This document shows positions 49,446 through 61,164 of a stretch of 64,000 nt of DNA, piece after piece. The notes under the pieces are model-generated. The model made no database searches and was not told where the DNA came from. It saw only the letters and a list, made by a program, of their open reading frames with translations. Origin of the DNA: Isurus oxyrinchus. Lineage: Eukaryota. The stretch is taken from NCBI GenBank assembly GCA_026770705.1, contig JANJGN010000012.1, positions 77,686,001 through 77,750,000 on the forward strand. Direction: 5' to 3'. Both the position numbers and the translations under genes were made by a program. Positions within the stretch are counted from its first letter, which is position 1. Every line of letters starts with the position of its first letter.

Positions 49446-52424
49446 GAGTGAATCTAAGGAGAGGGGAGAATTATAAGCTAGTTTAAGGTGGGGCGGGGGG
49501 GGTGGGGAAGAGAGAAGTCAGGGGTTGGGGTGGGGGGGGGTGGTTGTAGGGACAAGCAAGCAGTGATAGGTGCAGATAATCAAAAGATGTCACAGACAAA
49601 AGAACACAGAGGCATTGAAGGTGGTGATATTCTCTAAACGAATGTGCTAATTAAGAATGAATGGTAGGGCACTCAAGGTATAGCTCTAGTGGGGGTGAGG
49701 TGGAAAGACTAGCAGGGCATAAAAGATTTAAAATAATGGAAATAGGTGGGAAAAGAAAAATCTGTATAAATTATTGGAAAAAACAAAAGGAAGGGGGAAG
49801 AAACAGAAAGGGGGTGGGGATGGAGGGGGGAGCTCAAGATCTAAAGTTGTTGAATTCAATATTCAGTCCGGAAGGCTGTAAAGTGCCTAGTTGGAAGATG
49901 AGGTGCTGTTCCTCCAGTTTGCGTTGGGCTTCACTGGAACAATGCAGCAAGCCAAGGACAGACATGTGGGCAAGAGAGCAGGGTGGAGTGTTAAAATGGC
50001 AAGCGACAGGGAGGTTTGGGTCTTTCTTGCGGACAGACCGCAGGTGTTCTGCAAAGCGGTCGCCCAGTTTACATTTGGTCTCTCCAATGTAGAGGAGACC
50101 TCATTGGGAGCAACGAATGCAGTAGACTAAGTTGGGGGAAATGCAAGTGAAATGCTGCTTCACCTGAAAGGAGTGTTTGGGCCCTTGGATGGTGAGGAGA
50201 GAGGAAGTGAAGGGGCAGGTGTTGCATCTTTTGCGTGGGCATGGGGAGGTGCCAAAGGTGGGGCTTGAGGAGTAGGGGGTAATGGAGGAGTGGACCAGGG
50301 TGTCCCGGAGGGAACGATCCGTACGGAATGCCGCCGGGGGGGGGGGGGGGGGGGGGGGGTGAAGGGAAGATGTGTTTGGTGGTGGCATCATGCTGGCGTT
50401 GGTGGAAATGGCGGAGGATGATCCTTTGAATGCAGAGGCTGGTGGGGTGATAAGTGAGGACAAGGGGGACCCTATCATGTTTCTGGGAGGCAGGAGAAGG
50501 CGTGAGGGCAGATGCGCAGGAGATGGGCCGGACACGGTTGAGAGCCCTGTCAACAACCGTGGGTGGAAAACCTCAGTTAAGGAAGAAGGAGGACATGTCA
50601 GAGGAATTGTTTTTGAAGGTAGCATCATCAGAACAGATGCGATGGAGGTGAAGGAACTGAGAGAATAGGATGGAGTCCTTACAGGAAGCAGGGTGTGAGG
50701 AGCTGTAGTCGAGGTAGCTGTGGGAATCACTAGGCTTGTAATGGATATTGGTGGACAATCTTGTCAGCTTGCTCCTGCCCCACGGAACTCATTTCTCGTT
50801 ATCTTGATTCCCTTCTCTCTCTCCTTGTCCAGTCCCTTCCCACCTACATCCGTGATTCCTCTGACACCTTACGTCACATCAATTTCCAGTTCCCTCTTCA
50901 CCGCTTCCTCTTCATCATGGATGTCCAATCCCTCTCCACCTCCATCCCCCACCAGGATGGTCTGAGGGCCCTTAGCTTCTTCCTCGAACAATCTCCATCC
51001 ACCACTACTCTCCTCCGTCTGGCTGAACTTGTTCTCACACTGAACAATTTCTCCTTAAACTTCTCTCACTTCCTCCAAATAAAAGGTGTGGCTATGGGTA
51101 CCCGCATGGGCCCCAGCTATGCCTGTCTCTTTATGGGGTATTGGAACATTCCTTGTTCCAATCCTACTCCGGCCCCCTTCCACAACTCTTTCTCAGGTAC
51201 ATCAATGATTACTTCGGTGCTGCTTCATGCTCTCGTTGGGACTTGGAAAAATTTATTAATTTTGCTTCCAATCTCCACCCCTCCATCATTTTCACATGGT
51301 CCATCTCTGACACTTCCCTTCCCTTCCTTGACCTCTCTGTTTCAATTTCTGGTGATAGACTGTCCACCAATATCCATTACAAGCCCAGTGACTCCCACAG
51401 CTACCTCGACGACAGCTTCTCCCACCTTGCTTCCTGTAAGGACTCCATCCCATTCTCTCAGTTCCTTCGTCTCCGTCGCATCTGTTCTGATGATGCTACC
51501 TTCAAAAACAGTTCCTCTGATATGTCCTCCTTCTTCCTTAACCGAGGTTTTCCACCCACGGTCGTTGACAGGGCCCTCAACTGTGTCCGGCCCATCTCCC
51601 ACGCATCCACCCTCACGCCTTCTCCTCCCTCCCAGAAACATGACAGGGTCCCCCTTGTCCTCACTTATCACCCCACCAGCCTCTGCATTCAAAGGATCAT
51701 CCTCCCCCATTTCCGCCAACTCCAGCACGATGCCACCACCAAACACATCTTCCCTTCACCACCCCCGGCGGCATTCGGTAGGGATCATTTCCTCTGGGAC
51801 ACCCTGGTCCACTCCTCCATCACCCCCTACTCCTCAACCCCCACCTATGGCACCTCCCCATGCCCACGCAAAAGATGCAACACCTGCCCCTTCTCTTCCT
51901 CTCTCCTCACCATCCAAGGGCCCAAACACTCCTTTCAAGTGAAGCAGCATTTCACTTGCATTTCCCCCCAACTTAGTCTACTGCATTCGTTGCTCCCAAT
52001 GCGGTCTCCTCTACATTGGAGAGACCAAATGTAAACTGGGCGACCGCTTTGCAGAACACCTGTGGTCTGTCCACAAGAATGACCCAAACATTGCTGTCGC
52101 TTGCCATTTTAACACTCCAACCTGCTCTCTTGCCCACATGTCTGTCCTTGAATTGCTACATTGTTCCAGTGAGCCCAACGCAAACTGGAGGAACAGCACC
52201 TCATCTTCCGACTAGGCACTTTACAGCCTTCCGGACTGAATATTGAATTCAACAACTTTAGATCTTGAACTCCCTCCTCCATCCCCACCCACTTTCTGTT
52301 TCTTCCCCCTTCCTTTTGTTTTTTCCAATAATTTATATAGATTTTTCTTTTCCCACCTATTTCCATTATTTTATAATCTTTTATGCCCTGCTAGCCTTTC
52401 CACCCCACCCCCACTAGAGCTGTA

Positions 52425-52718
52425 ACTCTTTCGAGTACAAACCCGTTTCCATCTGTTTATTCAGATGAAGTTACATTGTTTCATAGTTTTGCCATTGTGA
52501 GATTTGAACTCTTGATCTTGGGTTTACAAACCCAGTACCATAACCACTTGGCTATTTAGGCCAAGCCCCACTAGAGCTGTAATTCTTTCGAGTACAAACA
52601 CGTTTCCATCTGTTTCAGATGAAGTTACATTGTTTCATAGTTTGCCATTGTGAGATTTGAAATCTTGATCTTGGGTTTACAAACCCAGTACCATAACCAC
52701 TTGGTTATTTAGGCCAAG
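52425..52718 (-). mobile_element. Two tandem copies of a short tRNA-derived SINE, each bounded by the same 16-bp direct repeat
   Basis: Units at 52425-52565 and 52582-52718, with A-box TAGCCAAGTGG and B-box GAGTTCAAATC on -. CCCCACTAGAGCTGTA occurs at 52409, 52566 and 52719. Confidence 0.85.
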
Positions 52719-52960
52719 CCCCACTAGAGCTGTACCTTGAGTGCCCTACCATCCATTCTTAATTAGCACATTCGTTTAGATATCACCTTCAAAACCTGTG
52801 TTCTTTTGTCTGTGACATCTTTTGATTATCTGCTATCACTGCTTGCTAGTCCCTACAACCACACCACTCCCCCCGCCACTTCTTTCCTCCCAACCAACAC
52901 CGCCCCACCCCCCCCCACCTTAAACCAGCTTATAATTCACCCCTCTCCTTAGATTCACTC

Positions 52961-52999
52961 AGTTCTGTTGAAGGGTCACGAAGACTCGAAACATCAACT
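52961..52999 (+). ncRNA. Hammerhead-like motif in the Penelope right arm (GUC changed to AUC)
   Basis: AGUU-CUGUUGA-A-GGGUC-ACGAA-GACUC-GAAAC-AUC-AACU. Confidence 0.55.
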
Positions 53000-54889
53000 C
53001 TTTTCTTCTCCGCCGATGCTGCCAGACCTACTGAGTTTTTCCAGGTAATTCTGTTTTTGTTTTGTCCCATACTCATGATGGCTGGAGCATCAGGACCTTT
53101 CACTACACTGTAATACTAGACTGTGGATCTATACTATTAGCCCTATATTACTAAAGTCCTGATTTTAGGCTTAGTGCTGTGGTGAGGTACTTTCAGAAAA
53201 TGATGGTGGGGAGTGGGGGGGCGGGGTGGAGAATGAGCAACTCTTCTCTGCTAGCTCTGAAAAGCATTGATAGAAGGCTTGTGTGAATGGACTATTTCTT
53301 CCACATCCACCACTTGTATGCTCAGACACAGGTGGGTACCAAGGGACATTAAATCTCAAAGCTAACATAATATGACTGTGTTCGGACACTTTTAGCAACA
53401 TGTGTTCTGTTTCAATTAGTTTGTAATTAGCATTGAAGTGTTTGAATATTGTTGGCATAGCTTAAATATATCCAAATTAACAACCAACCATGCATATTTT
53501 TCAAACTGATTAATGATGAAGAGTCTAAAAATTGTGTCACAGCCAAGGCCCTTGGCCACAGAATTATACAGAAGTGTAGTTTTCACAGAATCACATAATT
53601 TTACCGAGTGCGAGTGAACATAAAGCTGAAGGCAGCTTTAACAAGTTTGGTAACACTCCAATAAATAGTTTTAAGTGCAGAAATGACACCAGTGGATATC
53701 GTATTTTAAATTCAAATTGAATTCAGTAGATGGCTACAAGAAAATCCTTCAATTTACTGAAATTCCCACATTTTATCAACTGAGCAGTAGAATTTCCACA
53801 GGGTCACCCAATCATCCACAGTAACTTCAGTGGGAAATCCAGGGAATCCCCAGAAAAAAAAACAGTACAGCTGTGGATATTCAGACAAAACACCACTGGC
53901 AAACGATGAAAGCTGTCAATTCAGTTAACTGCCAACTCAAGTGCAATCAAGTCTTGATCTTTAATTCAAGAGCAAACGGCTCTTTCTGAACAGCAATTAA
54001 AGAATTGGTTCCTCTTGGTTCCCCACACTTGCCACCCCACCCCCCATCTCCCTCCACTTTCTCAAGCTCACTCCTAAGTCATTCATGATCTTTCTCCTCC
54101 AGAAGGGCAAGGGTGTGTCCTGGACCCCACCAATTCCATTCCAGTTGTATGCCAAAAGATACATCAGGGGGTCTTGAGTTAGCTCTCCCCAATTTTACCT
54201 CTTATCTCCAAAATGAAGCTCCAGCCACGACTTGGCATTTTCTTCTTACTGGGACCAAAGCTTGCATATATATGCTACCTTTAACTAGGAAAATGTCAAA
54301 ATGTACTTTATGAAAGGGATTGGGGAAAAAATAGGTAGGAATAAAGAAATAGATAATGAGCTAGGATGAGAAAGTTTGGAGAAAGTATCAAAAGCTTAGT
54401 TAAAAAGATAGATTTTGAGTCTTTTAAAAGGGTAAAACAGAGGAAGCGGGGATTTGGGAGGTCAATCTAAACAGCAGAATCAAGATTGTTGAAGTACTAA
54501 TAATGTAGTAAAGGACACAACTAGTGTACAAAAGGCCTGAGAATCAGAAGAATGAAAGACATGAAAGTGAACATAAAGTTGGAGGTATCTTCAGGTCAAG
54601 TAGGGGAAGCCATGGAGATACAAGAGACCAGAAGTTCAGCAAATTGTAGGACACCACTCAGTAGCATAATGTGATGCAACAGCTATATGAGCGTCACCTT
54701 ACTTTTAACACTTACATTGCCCTTGCACAATCCAAAGACCAAGAAATAATTCAGCAGTCACTAGAGTGTTAAATAAGTGAAAGCATCATCAACCAGTTGT
54801 AATACAGCTGTTTGAGACTTTCACTGACTTTGTCAGGAAAAGACAGGTCTTTACAGTGTGCTAATATTGTCTTATGCACACAATCACAC

Positions 54890-54979
54890 CTGAACTGGTG
54901 TTTCCTCCTCAAACTCGCCCGACAGTAGAAGGTCCCCATATTCTCCAATGCACCACACTGCCACTTGCACCAAGGGTTG
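54890..54979 (-). CDS. AP1G1-like: Gamma-adaptin exon, [30 protein letters not shown]
   Basis: ttgcag / gtgtga; 90 bp, phase 0-0. Contains the WCIGEYG motif. Confidence 0.96.
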
Positions 54980-55344
54980 CTGCAAAAGAGAAATGAGTCT
55001 AAGTTCAAATGTGCGTGCTAGTTATGGATCAGTCCATTTTCAAGCAAATTCAGACATATTAACTCATACATTAATACAATGGCCATGTAACAGAATATAT
55101 GGAAACTACACTATGGGGTTAGGAAACGTACTGTTTAAAGAGATTAAATTTTCATTGAATGCTTCAAGGTTTGTCAGAGAAATCGGATTTAAAAGAACAT
55201 ACATTTTATAATAAATCAGACTGGAGTAACTTACAAAATTAAAATTGCATCACTGACTCAGGAGAGGAGGGGTTGATGGAAAGAAAGGGGAAGCGTGCGA
55301 AAAGCAAGGGAGAAAAAAGGAAGGGTACAGGGAAGAGTTGGGGG

Positions 55345-56750
55345 GGCCAATCTTCAGCCAATTCTATTCACTCCCATATATCAAGAAATGGCTGAAGGCA
55401 CTGGATGCTGCAAAGGAAATGGGCCCTGACAACATCCTGGGAACAAGCTCATGCCTAGCTGCCAAGCCCTAGCCAAGCTGTTCCAGTACAGCTATAACAA
55501 TGGCATCCATCCGGCAATATGTCCTGTCCACAAAAAGCACAACAAATCCAACTGGGCAGTTACCGCCCCATCAGTCTTCTCTCGATCATCAGTAAAGTGA
55601 TAGAAGGTGTTACCAACAGTGCTATCAAGCAGCATTTACACTGCAATAAGTTACTAACCATTGCTCAGTTTGGGTTCCTCCAGGGCCACACGTCTCCTGA
55701 TCTCATTACAGCCTCGGTCCAAACATTGAAAAAAAAGAGCTGAACTCCAGAGATGATGAGAGAGTGATTGCCCTTAACATCAAGGTAGCATTCGCCTGAG
55801 TGTGGAATTAAGAAGCCCTAGCAAAACTGAAGTCAATGGGAATCGGGGGAAAACTCCACTGGTTGGAGCCATACCTAGCACAAGGAAGATGGTTGTGGCT
55901 GTTGGTGGCCAATCATCTCAGTCCCAAAGCATTGCTGTAGGAGTTCCTCAATGTCCTAGGCCCAACCATCTTCAGCTGCTTCACCCTTCCCTCCATTATA
56001 ACGTCAGAAAAAGGGATGTTCACTGATGATTGCAGAATGTTCAAAACTATCCGCAACTCCTCAGATACTGAATCAATCCATGTCCATATGCAGCAAGACC
56101 TGGACAAGATACAGCCTTGGACTGATAAGTGGCAAGTAACATTTGAGCCACACAAGTGCAAGCGATGACCATCTCCAACGAGAGAATCTAGCCATCTCCA
56201 CTTGACATTCAATGGCATTACCATCACCGAATCCTCAATTTTAACATTCTGGGGCTACCACTGACCAGAAAGTGAACTGGACCAGCCAAATAAATACTGT
56301 GAGCAGGTCAGAGACTGGGAATCCTGTGGTGAATAACTCACCACCTGACTCCCCAAAGCCTGTCCACTATCTACAAGGCACATGTCAGGACTATGATGGC
56401 ATACTCTCTACTTGCCTGGAATGAGTGTGGCTCAGTGTGCATTATATACAAGATGCACTGCAGCAACTCATCAAGGCTCCTTTGACAGCAGTTCCAAACT
56501 CTTGACCTCTACCACCTAGGACAAGGACAGCAGGAGCATGGGAACATCATCACCTACAAGTTCCCCTCCAAGCCACATACAATCATGACTTGGAACAATA
56601 TTGCCGTTCCTTCACTGTTGCTGGATCAAAATCATGGAACTCCCTTCCTAACAGCACTCTGGGTGTAGTTACACCACATGTACTGCAGCAGTTCATGAAG
56701 GTGGGCAACAAATGTTGGCCTAGCCAGCGATGCCCACATTCCATGAAAGA
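55345..56750 (+). mobile_element. Degenerate LINE (FADD family) with 3' tail
   Basis: ORF 55519-55743 has YRPISLLSIISKVIE...QFGF (RT domain 1). The family tail is at about 56700-56745. Confidence 0.85.
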
Positions 56751-57257
56751 ACTAAAAACCAAACGCTAAAGGGGAATTCGCTACATTAAATTGGATTTAG
56801 CCAAGACTGTACTACTGTGGAGCTCAATTGTGTGATCTCATGTTATTAGACACTTCTGCTCAGATTTAGACAAACCATTATAACGGAGAGATGATTACTT
56901 TGGTCACCATACTACTCTGCTATGCACAAATATTACTGGATATTTGGTGTCCATTTCTTGCTACCTCTGATAAGCTAAGAGCTAAAGGCTTTTAAGCAGA
57001 ATATCTTCTTAATTAATGTTATTCTAGTTGGTTTAATATAGATAACTAAAACTGAGGTATCATACATCAAGCTACATGCAATTCAGTAATAGCCAGTGAG
57101 TGTATTTGCCACGCTAAATGTAAGTGTCATTAAATAAGATTTTTTGCAGACAATCACCTCTACATCAATGGTTTTGAATTTTCCATAGTTAATGTTGGTT
57201 CTGATCCAAGATAGACTATTATTCTTTCAATGAAGCTGCTTCACCCTTATTACCTAC

Positions 57258-57380
57258 CTGCGAAATATCCACCCGTATGGCCTGATAAAGCTTCTGCACA
57301 ATGTATGCATGAAGTGAGTTTGCATTACTGATGAGTTGAATCAACAGAGGCACTGAGTCATCTCGAACATAACTACCAGC
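57258..57380 (-). CDS. AP1G1-like: Gamma-adaptin exon, [41 protein letters not shown]
   Basis: caacag / gtaggt; 123 bp, phase 0-0. Confidence 0.95.
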
Positions 57381-57491
57381 CTGTTGAGAGGGAGAAAATA
57401 AAATATATCGCAGCAGTGAAACTTACCCACTTAACATTCTAAGAATTTAAGGAGCAAAAATTGGAGGCAATTGCAAGGAGGCAATACATAC

Positions 57492-57546
57492 GGTGGTGAG
57501 CACTCTCATGATGGTGTCGATATGCCATCTCTTGTTCGGTGCATAT
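57492..57546 (-). CDS. AP1G1-like: Gamma-adaptin exon, (K)YAPNKRWHIDTIMRVLTT
   Basis: ttccag / gtatgt; 55 bp, phase 2-0. Confidence 0.95.
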
Positions 57547-58005
57547 CTGGAAAAGACATTACCCATAACACAGAACTTAGCCACGGTGTGCCCGCATTTA
57601 GCTGATTAAATGAAAAGAATGTAGTGGATACTCTATATAGGCAGAGAGCTGCAGCGCCCAATGTAAATACAACATTTGGACTTTACTCAAGGACTTTTGG
57701 TTCATATTTTGTGCCCAAATTTTAGTCATTTTATCCCATCTTGAATGCATCATTTCCACAAAACAGACAAGGCAAACAACCTGTTTCTGTACAATGTCGA
57801 GAAGTCCCATGCTTGGAGATGCAAAGACAACAGCAGCCTGACTGGGAAGTAGTTAGCTTTTGGGCAGCTGATTTGAATTGAACACAGGCTTTTAATCTCC
57901 ATCAAATGCTCAAGCAAAAGACCGTGAGGACTGGGAAATGCCTTAAGCTATTAGGTGCCTTGTAAGCTAAATATCTATAACCAAGAAGAACAGATAGTGT
58001 GCCAG

Positions 58006-58063
58006 CTTGTTAACTGGCCCATAATATGTGAGATCTTGTTAACTGGCCCACAGTATGTGAGAT
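58006..58063. repeat. 29-bp tandem duplication
   Basis: CTTGTTAACTGGCCCA(T/C)A(A/G)TATGTGAGAT, two copies. Confidence 0.85.
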
Positions 58064-58906
58064 TCAAGTAGGCTGGAACTGGTATATTTATTTATTTTCT
58101 TGTCTCTTCCAAACAGAGATTTTAACTGTGGCAGAAAATTTAATTCAGAGTGTGCCAAGTACCAGCAATGCTTCCCCCGCAATGGTTGTGAGTTAGAAAT
58201 CACTCTGTTTGTTCTTTCTTTTCAATGTGGTACGTGATAGTCATTGTTGAGTCTGACTGAAGGCTGGCAGGATCCAGGTCAGCATTGCGTGTGGTCACTG
58301 TTTGTAGCTCTTGAGACTCACCAATATTACCTGATGCATGTAGCTGTAGAAGCATCTTGTCGGTGTCACCGACGGCAGTTTTGTCTTGCTTATATGCAAA
58401 GACAGGGACTGCCACAGCTTAGCAACAGATCACCAGCAAGAGACATCTAAATTGCAGCATCCATTAGAGATTCAAGGGGGTAGAGGCAGGTCTGCACCAA
58501 AATATACTTCCATTTTCATCAAAGCAATTTGACCCTTGATAACTGATTGTGGGAAGTCAGAGAAAATATTTTATCCCTGTGCATCTCAATGACAAGAAGT
58601 GGAAAATAAAACTAGATCCAAATTAGACCAGATTTCTTTCTAACGCCACATGTTTCCATGTGTGTCATTTGTTTTTATTCAATAGCAAACTTTCTCCTTC
58701 TTACAATGTATTTCCTATTTATTGTTTCACGTTCTTGATCAATTTCATTTCGTTGCAGCACCTAACTGGAATGACCCAATTGTTAAAAGTTCTTAATAGC
58801 GGTTACCATTTATTGTGCAGGTCTGTGTATTTTTAGATGTAGTTATCAATATTTTAGTACTAATATACTATCTGACACTCAGGGCTCCCTTCTGAATGCA
58901 AAGTTT

Positions 58907-59924
58907 TGTTGCAGCACAAAAATAGGTCTGAGAATTTAATGTACACTTTTACTTTAAGGGTGAATATACTTTCACGAAAGCAACCTTATCTGTCACCCAA
59001 AATATATACACATGTGTGTATGTCTAGTTTAATTAAACTGCAGACAGTCAAACTACAAGGTTGGAATCATCAAAAGGGGTTAGGTGTAAAACAGGCATTT
59101 GAAATGGAGATGGGTAAGCTAGGATGTAGTCTCAGCAGATACAGTGTGAAAGGAATATGCATTGATGCATAAGTTGAAAGGTTGATATGCAAAGGGGCAT
59201 GATAAGATGTTTACAACTGGCAGGATAAATAAGGCAAAGTTATTAAGTTCATTTTCCCCGAAAATGCTGGTCATAATGATAAAATAGATTTTTATATTCT
59301 GGGAAAAGTAACTTCCAAAGAAAAGTTGAAACATTGGGATTTACAGGTCAAAAGGGAGAAATATGTTTAAAGAAAGATGGAAAGTTGTGTAGGGATTGGC
59401 CTTGTGAGGTCTTGGAAGGTGCACCGTGTGAAACAGACCTGTGGAAAAGCCTTTAGCTACCCTGGAGAAGTTTGCTGTTCTAGTAATCAAGGTTTTGTTA
59501 AAAGCCTTTGGAATTCCATTGCTGAATGAGAGGGAGAGAGAAGCTGTAAAACATCTCCCTTATAGCAACCGTGGGTGCTTGTGGTATTATTGCTGGATGT
59601 TTTATAGGTTAAGAATCTATTTGGACTGCTTCCTGGAAGGGGTGTGTAGTTGGAAGTCTAGTTAAGTAGAAATCTAGTGAGGACTGTTATAAAACTAAAT
59701 GTAACTATGTAACTGCAGTCTTGTGTGTTAAGTTTTCTTTTGTTAACAAATGTTTTAATTTTATCTTTAAAACCTCTAAAGTTGGTAGTGGACTCTTTAC
59801 TTCAGACTTCAGTGCATAAACCTTCACGTAATACATACAAATTTCAAAATCGTTATGAAAGCCTGGCCAAGTTTCCCTCTGGGATTTGGTCAGCTGGGCA
59901 GATACCACCTGCCATATCATAACA
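58907..59924 (+). mobile_element. Possible solo LTR
   Basis: About 1 kb bounded by TGTT...AACA with an LTR-like 3' end. No convincing TSD was found. Confidence 0.3.
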
Positions 59925-61023
59925 GAGTGAAGGGTAGAAATGTAATGTGGGGTATCTTTAAGGGAACGGAGATACAGTATCCAAGAAAAGGGAAGAAGAG
60001 GTGGGGGCAGTGTGTGTCTTTGTTCTTTGCAGCAAAGATTGATCTAGAAGGAAGTGTATAATTTGCGGAGTAAGGCTGAAATGTTGTGGAAAGCGTGTTC
60101 CAGCTGTTGGAAGCTCCTGCCTGGTGGTGTTTTCTTGTACCTGATCCAGATTACATCCATGGTGAATGCATCTAGGAGTTCTCTATTGTCTCACATTGCG
60201 GAGAGGGCTAATATGTGCTAAGAGATTTTCAGAGAGGTATAGGCATTTTTCCAGGCATATGGCAATGATTGGATTATGGGTTATTTCCAGGCTTTTGTTG
60301 ACCTTCACTGGAGGTCTACAAAAGTCAGGTGCTTTAGCAGGAATACTTTCGAAGGCTCTGGTCTCCATGATTTTTGTGGGCTGACTAATTTCCTGAGCAT
60401 AATTCCCTGGACCGGGTCAGAGATTGCAACAGAGACTGGGATGGATGATTCTGCCTTAATAGCTGGGGAGCCATAACCATTTAAAAGGCATTTGTGGCAC
60501 TCAACCTGTCCATAAAACTCTGGATATGGGCTGATAAAGATCTTGGAATTGCTGGACTATGAGCTAGGAACCTAATTTCCAGCATGTAAAGCAGACAGGT
60601 AGCAGAATAAATTCACTTTTATTGGGCTTGCTTTCCCTAGGAAGGGTACGTCAGGTTATTCAACATGCCTGGGCCAATATGTATATTGGTCTGAATTTAG
60701 TAGTGATCGTCTTTATGAAGTACAGTGATTTGGAGATTTACTTAAGTAAGGCAAATAAAATCAAACTGCAACTGATCTTAAGCATAGGAAACACAAGGCT
60801 GTCATTCAATAATGAGTTAAAATTCAAAGCTATGTGTTCATCAAACACTAGCTAAGATTCACCAGATGAATGCATGCTTAGCCAAAAACAAACAAACATT
60901 CCATGGTTGCATCCTGGCTGTAGGAGTGCATTTGGTTGATATAAAAGCAGAAAACAGGGACAGGATTTTCAAAACAAAACTGTGGATTCTACCTAGACTT
61001 GCCATTTTCTATCCTCTACTTAC

Positions 61024-61164
61024 TTTTCTGCTGCCAGAAATATTCCAGAAGCACAGTCAGCCTTAAACTCTGGGTCACAGTGGTCCAGGAAGTAGAGCAG
61101 CTCTTTCATCATTCCTCGGACATTGCTGCCATTAACCAAGGCAAAGCACAGATCCATTGCACGC
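61024..61164 (-). CDS. AP1G1-like: Gamma-adaptin exon, (R)[46 protein letters not shown](K)
   Basis: atgaag / gtaagt; 141 bp, phase 2-2. Very close to the recalled AP1G1 trunk sequence. Confidence 0.95.

Larger units (their letters stand above)
49307..53063. mobile_element. Penelope-like retroelement (RT plus GIY-YIG), two 5'-truncated copies in inverted orientation joined at about 50760
   Basis: RT motifs QIKGVAMGTRMGPSYACLFMG and FLRYINDYF. GIY-YIG reads LVYCIRCSQCGLLYIGET..DRFAEH at about 51970-52060. The ORF is frameshifted. TSD GTCCCATAC(A/T)CAT lies at 49294-49306 and 53064-53076. Confidence 0.93.
31232..61164 (-). other. AP1G1-like: AP-1 complex gamma-adaptin gene, 3' portion: 12 coding exons covering trunk end, hinge and ear; 5' exons lie beyond the window
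   Basis: Twelve GT-AG exons join in frame into a protein colinear with AP1G1/AP1G2. Paralog identity is unresolved. Confidence 0.92.

Noticed and set aside
50761-52270. Active Penelope RT/endonuclease gene
   Set aside because: It is 5'-truncated, has at least two frameshifts, and the catalytic YIDD reads YIND.
52490-52565. tRNA-like sequence on -
   Set aside because: The cloverleaf pairing is imperfect and it is fused to a tail and TSD, so it is a SINE head and not a tRNA gene.
52409-52734. Repeat-spacer-repeat pattern resembling a CRISPR array
   Set aside because: The context is eukaryotic, the spacers are near-identical ~140-bp SINE copies, and the repeat is a TSD.
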